Below are positions 59,571 through 64,000 of a stretch of DNA of 64,000 bases, one piece after another. Numbering within the stretch: the stretch's first letter is position 1; every line of letters begins with the position of its first letter. The notes under the pieces were generated by a model. That model was not told the DNA's origin. It saw nothing but the letters and a program-made list of their open reading frames with translations, and did no database searches. The stretch is from Candidatus Omnitrophota bacterium. Its GTDB lineage: Bacteria; Omnitrophota; Gorgyraeia; Duberdicusellales; 4484-171. The position numbers and the translations under genes are program-made. Location: contig JBDRIY010000054.1 in assembly GCA_043815445.1 (NCBI GenBank), positions 527 to 64,526 of the forward strand. The letters are read 5' to 3'.

Positions 59571-60272
59571 TTATTTCCTTGCCAAAAAGGTAATTGCTGG
59601 GCTACCTTTATGATTTTCTTTCCGGATTACTTCAATCTTTTTAAAGCCTACATTTCTTACCATTGTAAGCATATCATCCTCTAACATCCGAAACGAGTTC
59701 TGATGCAAACCAGAAAGGCAATTTTGAAGGTCTTCTTTTACATGCTTGCCTCGATAAACACAGCCTTGATAATCCATCTCTATTATGGGGCCGTGAGGGT
59801 CATCTCTAACAGCGTAATGCGTCCAGACAAATAAATTATCAGTAAGCTGAGCAACGCGGGAAAGAACAGAAACGGGATTCTCCAAATGGTAAAGAATACC
59901 TGAGGCAAAACATAAGCCAAACGGTCCGGATAAAACCGGCAATATATCATTTAAATCTCCTAATAAAAATTTGCACTTATCTAAAGATAAAGCATTCTTT
60001 ACGATTAAACACTTTAAGAAATTTTCTATTCTTCCTTCAATGGCAATAACCTCTTTTGCTCCTAAAGCTTGAAGCATAGAAGAATGTGACCCCTCTAAAC
60101 AGCCTAATTCTAAAACCCGAAAACCTTTCAAACTTATTCTTTTAGCTAATTCATTAATTCGAGATTCAGGATCAAGGTTTAAATGCCCGCCTTCAATAGC
60201 TAATTGTTCTAAACGCAGCTTACAAAACCAATCTTTATAAATTTGAAAACCATACAATTCCCTTATATCCAT
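59571..60272 (-). CDS. class I SAM-dependent methyltransferase
   Basis: VLELGCLEGSHS (motif I). Confidence 0.55.
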   Translation of the reverse strand: MDIRELYGFQIYKDWFCKLRLEQLAIEGGHLNLDPESRINELAKRISLKGFRVLELGCLEGSHSSMLQALGAKEVIAIEGRIENFLKCLIVKNALSLDKCKFLLGDLNDILPVLSGPFGLCFASGILYHLENPVSVLSRVAQLTDNLFVWTHYAVRDDPHGPIIEMDYQGCVYRGKHVKEDLQNCLSGLHQNSFRMLEDDMLTMVRNVGFKKIEVIRKENHKGSPAITFLARK

Positions 60273-60300
60273 TGTTCTCTCCTACTCCTGCACTCCAAGT

Positions 60301-60714
60301 TTATTTTATGCTTTTAGAGCTTTGATCGGAAATCTTAACTATCTTCTGCGTTTGACTAATATAAGTCTGAGTATTCTTATCTATTATATCTGACAAAATC
60401 GCTAAATCTCTGCTTAAGTTTCTGGCGACTTTCTCTAAAATCTTGAATTGAACCTCCATAGATTCTCTTAATTCTTTTGTGTGTACCCTTAAAAGATGAA
60501 TTATCTGCTTTTCTATCCTGTCACTACAAGAATTAATAGTAATATTTAACTGCTCAAATTGAACATCGAGACATTCCCTTAATTCCTTCGTATGCGCCCC
60601 TGCAAGGTGAATTATCTGATCTTCCAACCTATTATTACAAGAATTAATATTACTGTTTAATGCCTCAAATTGAACCTCAATGCATTTTTCTAATTCTCTC
60701 TGCGCTCTACCCAT
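60301..60714 (-). CDS. small tandem-repeat protein (three ~38 aa repeats ELREC(L/M)DVQFEQLN.TINSC...QIIHL..HTK)
   Basis: Repeats visible by eye. Paralogous to the 55283..55930 repeats. Confidence 0.45.
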   Translation of the reverse strand: MGRAQRELEKCIEVQFEALNSNINSCNNRLEDQIIHLAGAHTKELRECLDVQFEQLNITINSCSDRIEKQIIHLLRVHTKELRESMEVQFKILEKVARNLSRDLAILSDIIDKNTQTYISQTQKIVKISDQSSKSIK

Positions 60715-60716
60715 TT

Positions 60717-62129
60717 TTAACTCTCCTTTAATCTAATTAAATTATTAAAAGGTATCTTAACTTTATCACCCAAAGATTCCCTAATAAATTCTAACTTCTC
60801 TAACCTTGCTTGAAAATAATTTTTTTCACCCTCAATTAACCAGCCATTGGTTCTGTTTCTGTTTAAAATAAAGATTCCAAAAGTCTTCCTTTCCCGATAA
60901 AGAAGAGAAGAAGGCATTAACACTAAAGAATGGAGATAAACTGTATCTATAAATTCAAGATTTCTTTTTAGAAAATTCACTGTTAAATTAATATCTTCCC
61001 ATGTTTCTTCGGGGAACCCAACGATTATATTAATACTTGAAGAAATCCCCGCTTTTTTTGTATTTTGAATTACTTCTTCGGCTAAGATAGTAGAAAAATT
61101 CTTTCTCATTAATTTTAAAATCTTAGGGCTGGCGCTCTCCAAGCCATAACTTACCGATGAAAAACCAGCTTTTTTCATTTTTTTTAAAAATTCAAAATTC
61201 ATTCCTTCTCTAATCATTGCCTGGCCGCTCCAGGTAAACTTTGTATTTTTCTCTATAATTAAATCAACTAACTTACATAAATTTTTCATATCGCCGTTAA
61301 CAAGAGAGTCATTAAAAAAGAAATATTCAGCTTGATGGTTATTCTTTAACTGATAATCTATCTCCGCGTAAATATTGGCAGCCTCTCTTCTTCTATATTT
61401 TCCCCATAATATTGATTCCTCGCAAAAAGAACAACAATTAATACACCCCCTGCTGGTAGAAATAGGCACCCCAGTTTCATCATATAACCGTAAATCAAAA
61501 TCCTTAAAATCAGCAAAAGGCAAAGAATCAAGATTATCAACAAGATCTTGCTTGCCGCAATTTATAATTTTACCATTACTGTCCTTATATATAAATCCCG
61601 GGCAATAGCCAATGCGGCCTTTATTATCTTTAATAGTATTTACTAAATTATTAAAAACTACTTCTCCTTCCTGAAGGCATACAGCATCAACATTATGATT
61701 TTGTAAAAATTCAATGGCAAAATTTTCCCTAAAACAACTTATCCCCCCAGCTACTGTCTTTACTGCCGGAGATTTCTCCTTAATTCTGGAAGCAATTTCC
61801 CCGCTAAACCACCGGGAAGTGTCATAAATAGTAAACCCTGCTATTTGGATATCTTTTTCTAAAACTTCATCTATCAGTTGATTAATATAATAATCATATT
61901 CTTTTATAAATCTTAATACCGAATCTCTATCATACCAATCTATATCCTCATTCTCTGCTCCAGAGGAAGATGATTTCTTTTTAAATTCAGAATACCTTTG
62001 CAATTTGACATTAAAATCATAACACAAAACGCTATGACCTTCTTTTTTTAAACATGCCGACAACAAAGCTATGCTATAGGGCGGTGTCATTACGCTCCAA
62101 AAAGGGCATTGAATTAAAGCTATATTCAT
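60717..62129 (-). CDS. B12-binding radical SAM enzyme (class B)
   Basis: N-terminal B12-binding-like domain. TSRGCINCCSFCEE. Confidence 0.8.
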   Translation of the reverse strand: MNIALIQCPFWSVMTPPYSIALLSACLKKEGHSVLCYDFNVKLQRYSEFKKKSSSSGAENEDIDWYDRDSVLRFIKEYDYYINQLIDEVLEKDIQIAGFTIYDTSRWFSGEIASRIKEKSPAVKTVAGGISCFRENFAIEFLQNHNVDAVCLQEGEVVFNNLVNTIKDNKGRIGYCPGFIYKDSNGKIINCGKQDLVDNLDSLPFADFKDFDLRLYDETGVPISTSRGCINCCSFCEESILWGKYRRREAANIYAEIDYQLKNNHQAEYFFFNDSLVNGDMKNLCKLVDLIIEKNTKFTWSGQAMIREGMNFEFLKKMKKAGFSSVSYGLESASPKILKLMRKNFSTILAEEVIQNTKKAGISSSINIIVGFPEETWEDINLTVNFLKRNLEFIDTVYLHSLVLMPSSLLYRERKTFGIFILNRNRTNGWLIEGEKNYFQARLEKLEFIRESLGDKVKIPFNNLIRLKES

Positions 62130-62144
62130 TTTTAATTTTGCTTT

Positions 62145-64000
62145 TTAGCTAACCAGCTTATAGTTTACATACCAAGCTTGGAACATCAAGTAAGTTCTTA
62201 TTTTTTTTCTATTGTCTCTCTTACCTGACAGGTGCTCATTAAATAAATAGTTGACATAATCATAGTTAAAAATATTTTGTTTAATTATAAAATTCTTATT
62301 AAAAAATTCTTCCACAATTCCAAAGAATTTTTTATCTCTAAGCCAATCAGAAAAAGGAATAGGAAAGCCTTTTTTTGGCCGAGATAAGATTTGTTTCGGT
62401 AGAATTCCGGCCATAGCTTCCTTTAATAGCTTTTTTTGATATATAAATTCAGGCCTAAGGCTTAAAGTAAATTCAACCAATTGATGATCTAAGTAAGGCA
62501 CCCTCACTTCTAAAGAAGAAAACATACCGGCTCTATCAGATTTAACCAGTAAATCATCACAAAGATAAGTGGAGATATCTAAATGCTGAATAATTCGGCT
62601 GCAAGAACTGGATTCTAAATCTCTAAAGCTCTTAGCAAAATCATCAACAGTCTCACAACCTATACTTCTATTAAAAAGACACTCCTTCTCACTGCTTGAA
62701 AATGCCCCCATCCATAAAAGATGCCTTAAAATAAGGTCTTGAATATTCGCTCCTCTAATGAACTGTTTTAATTTAAAATCTATGCTGAAATATTTATCAG
62801 AAGCTGGCAATAAATCTATTAAGCGTTTGCTTATTTTTTGAAACATCTGAGGAAATTTATTGAATAATTTTATGTACTTGTGGGCAATGTAAGTTGGATA
62901 TCCCATAAATAATTCATCCGCGCCTTCTCCGGATAAAGCAACCTTTATGTGTTTACGGGAAAATTTAGAAAGAAAGTAGGTAGGAAATATGGACATATCA
63001 GCGAATGGTTCATCTAAAAGGCTTGTTACTTCATGAAAACTACCTATAAAGTCATCTATAGTAAAAGTATACGCGTAATGGCTGGTTCCCAGGTATTTTG
63101 CCGCAAGAAAAGCATATCTTGACTCATCAAATGTTTTTTCTTTAAAGCCTATAGAAAAAGTAGAGAGACGCTGGGCGCGCGATTTCTTTGCTAATACCGC
63201 TAAACTGATAGAATCTATTCCTCCGCTTAAAAATACCCCTAAAGGAACGTCACTTATAAGATGCTCTTTTACTGAATTGTAAAGAAGGTTCTTCAGCTCT
63301 TCTTTTGCCTCATAAAAAGATATTTTATTATTAACAGCGCATTCGCCTAAATTCCAATAACGTTGAACTTCAACATTATTGTCTTTACAGAAAATATAAT
63401 GAGCCGGCTTAAGTTTATGGATATTTTTAAAAATAGAATAAGGACAGGGAACATACTCTAAAGAAAAATATAAGTCTAAAGCCTTACTGTCTAATTTTTT
63501 CTCTATAAAAGGCAGCTTTAGTAAAGCTTTTAGCTCTGAAGAAAAGGCGAATATTCCATCTTTATTATAATAATATAAAGGTTTAATCCCAAATCTATCC
63601 CTTGCTATAAAAAGGCGCTTCTTAACCTTATCCCATAAAGCAAAAGCAAACATTCCTTTTATATATTTAAGACAGTTTGGGCCGTACTCTTCATAAAGAT
63701 GAACTAATACTTCAGAATCAGTATCAGTGTAAAAAATATGACCTTTCTTTATTAAGTTATCTTTTAACAGATAAAAATTATACAGCTCTCCATTGCATAC
63801 TACTGCTAAACTTTTATCTTCATTAAATATCGTCTGGGAACCCATTTTTAAACCTATAATACTCAGCCTTCTTATACCCAACGAAATGTTTTCATCAAGA
63901 TGCTTCCCTTTTTCGTCAGGACCGCGATGGTATAAAATACCAAGCATATCATCTATAAACCTGTTTCTTTTCTCTAAACTTAATCCTTTTATCCCGCAAA
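62145..64000 (-). CDS. asparagine synthase (glutamine-hydrolysing) family amidotransferase, N-terminus beyond window end
   Basis: Reading frame is open to the window edge (..CGIKGLSLEKRNRFIDDMLGILYHRGPDEKG). Class-II glutaminase Cys-Gly-Ile and HRGPD motifs. SGGIDSS PP-loop. Confidence 0.85.
   Translation of the reverse strand, partial: CGIKGLSLEKRNRFIDDMLGILYHRGPDEKGKHLDENISLGIRRLSIIGLKMGSQTIFNEDKSLAVVCNGELYNFYLLKDNLIKKGHIFYTDTDSEVLVHLYEEYGPNCLKYIKGMFAFALWDKVKKRLFIARDRFGIKPLYYYNKDGIFAFSSELKALLKLPFIEKKLDSKALDLYFSLEYVPCPYSIFKNIHKLKPAHYIFCKDNNVEVQRYWNLGECAVNNKISFYEAKEELKNLLYNSVKEHLISDVPLGVFLSGGIDSISLAVLAKKSRAQRLSTFSIGFKEKTFDESRYAFLAAKYLGTSHYAYTFTIDDFIGSFHEVTSLLDEPFADMSIFPTYFLSKFSRKHIKVALSGEGADELFMGYPTYIAHKYIKLFNKFPQMFQKISKRLIDLLPASDKYFSIDFKLKQFIRGANIQDLILRHLLWMGAFSSSEKECLFNRSIGCETVDDFAKSFRDLESSSCSRIIQHLDISTYLCDDLLVKSDRAGMFSSLEVRVPYLDHQLVEFTLSLRPEFIYQKKLLKEAMAGILPKQILSRPKKGFPIPFSDWLRDKKFFGIVEEFFNKNFIIKQNIFNYDYVNYLFNEHLSGKRDNRKKIRTYLMFQAWYVNYKLVS

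Noticed and set aside
62145-64000. AsnB homolog as a lasso-peptide cyclase
   Set aside because: It retains the full glutaminase domain (Cys-Gly-Ile, HRGPD) and lies in a glycosyltransferase/rSAM operon 20 kb from the peptides. It is more consistent with a polysaccharide or amidotransferase role.
1-64000. CRISPR arrays, rRNA genes, transposase/integrase genes
   Set aside because: No regularly spaced direct repeats of 25-40 bp, no rRNA-like conserved stretches and no transposase or integrase ORFs were seen. The only mobile-type features are the intein, the MITE-like repeats and the TA/Abi modules.

Overview
This is an AT-rich bacterial contig, probably from an uncultured diderm lineage (lpxB and a beta-barrel protein ending in Phe are present). 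Almost all genes are on the minus strand.

The first ~30 kb is housekeeping:
- pheA (partial), a sugar nucleotidyltransferase, then ptsI-ptsH-yvcK-ptsN-like.
- Three tRNAs (Gly-GCC, Leu-TAG, Lys-TTT).
- frr-pyrH-tsf-rpsB, an MsbA-like ABC exporter, and a frameshifted lpxB.
- mnmG, gpmA, an intein-containing class II ribonucleotide reductase (nrdJ), and a LacI regulator.
- Envelope and glycan genes: O-antigen-ligase-like, WecA/MraY-like and GT4.

From ~30.4 kb to the window end is an accessory island. Its most striking part (30.5-43.9 kb) looks like an undescribed RiPP-like peptide-modification system:
- Three short precursor-like peptides share a Lys-rich leader (K-F/L-K-x-E-I-x-x-x-K-L-x-x-E-Q-A-V-L-x-C-x-C-Y/W). 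Their Cys/Gly/Ser-rich cores are hypervariable and each ends in Ser.
- Two of the three peptides sit directly behind their own PMT/ArnT-like GT-C membrane glycosyltransferase paralog.
- The cluster also holds three radical-SAM/SPASM enzymes, a U32-family protein with TPR repeats, an HPr-kinase-like P-loop protein and a PqqD-like RRE.
- An AbiEi/AbiEii module plus a GxxExxY gene have inserted into the cluster, leaving triplicated copies of one rSAM gene's 5' end.

Downstream of that:
- Further toxin-antitoxin pairs (DUF2283, RelE/AbrB, MNT/HEPN).
- A PF14907 nucleotidyltransferase fused to an S26-like peptidase, split by a homopolymer frameshift.
- A third GT-C, plus GT4 and GT2 enzymes.
- A tightly packed ~10 kb operon: asparagine synthase, two B12-binding rSAMs, two SPASM rSAMs, a methyltransferase, a GT2 and two paralogous tandem-repeat proteins.

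Several repeat families recur: a ~150 bp MITE-like element, GC-rich CGTAGG...CCTACG palindromes, a tttgtcatt+hairpin motif and hexamer microsatellites (some inside coding sequence). No CRISPR array or rRNA was seen.
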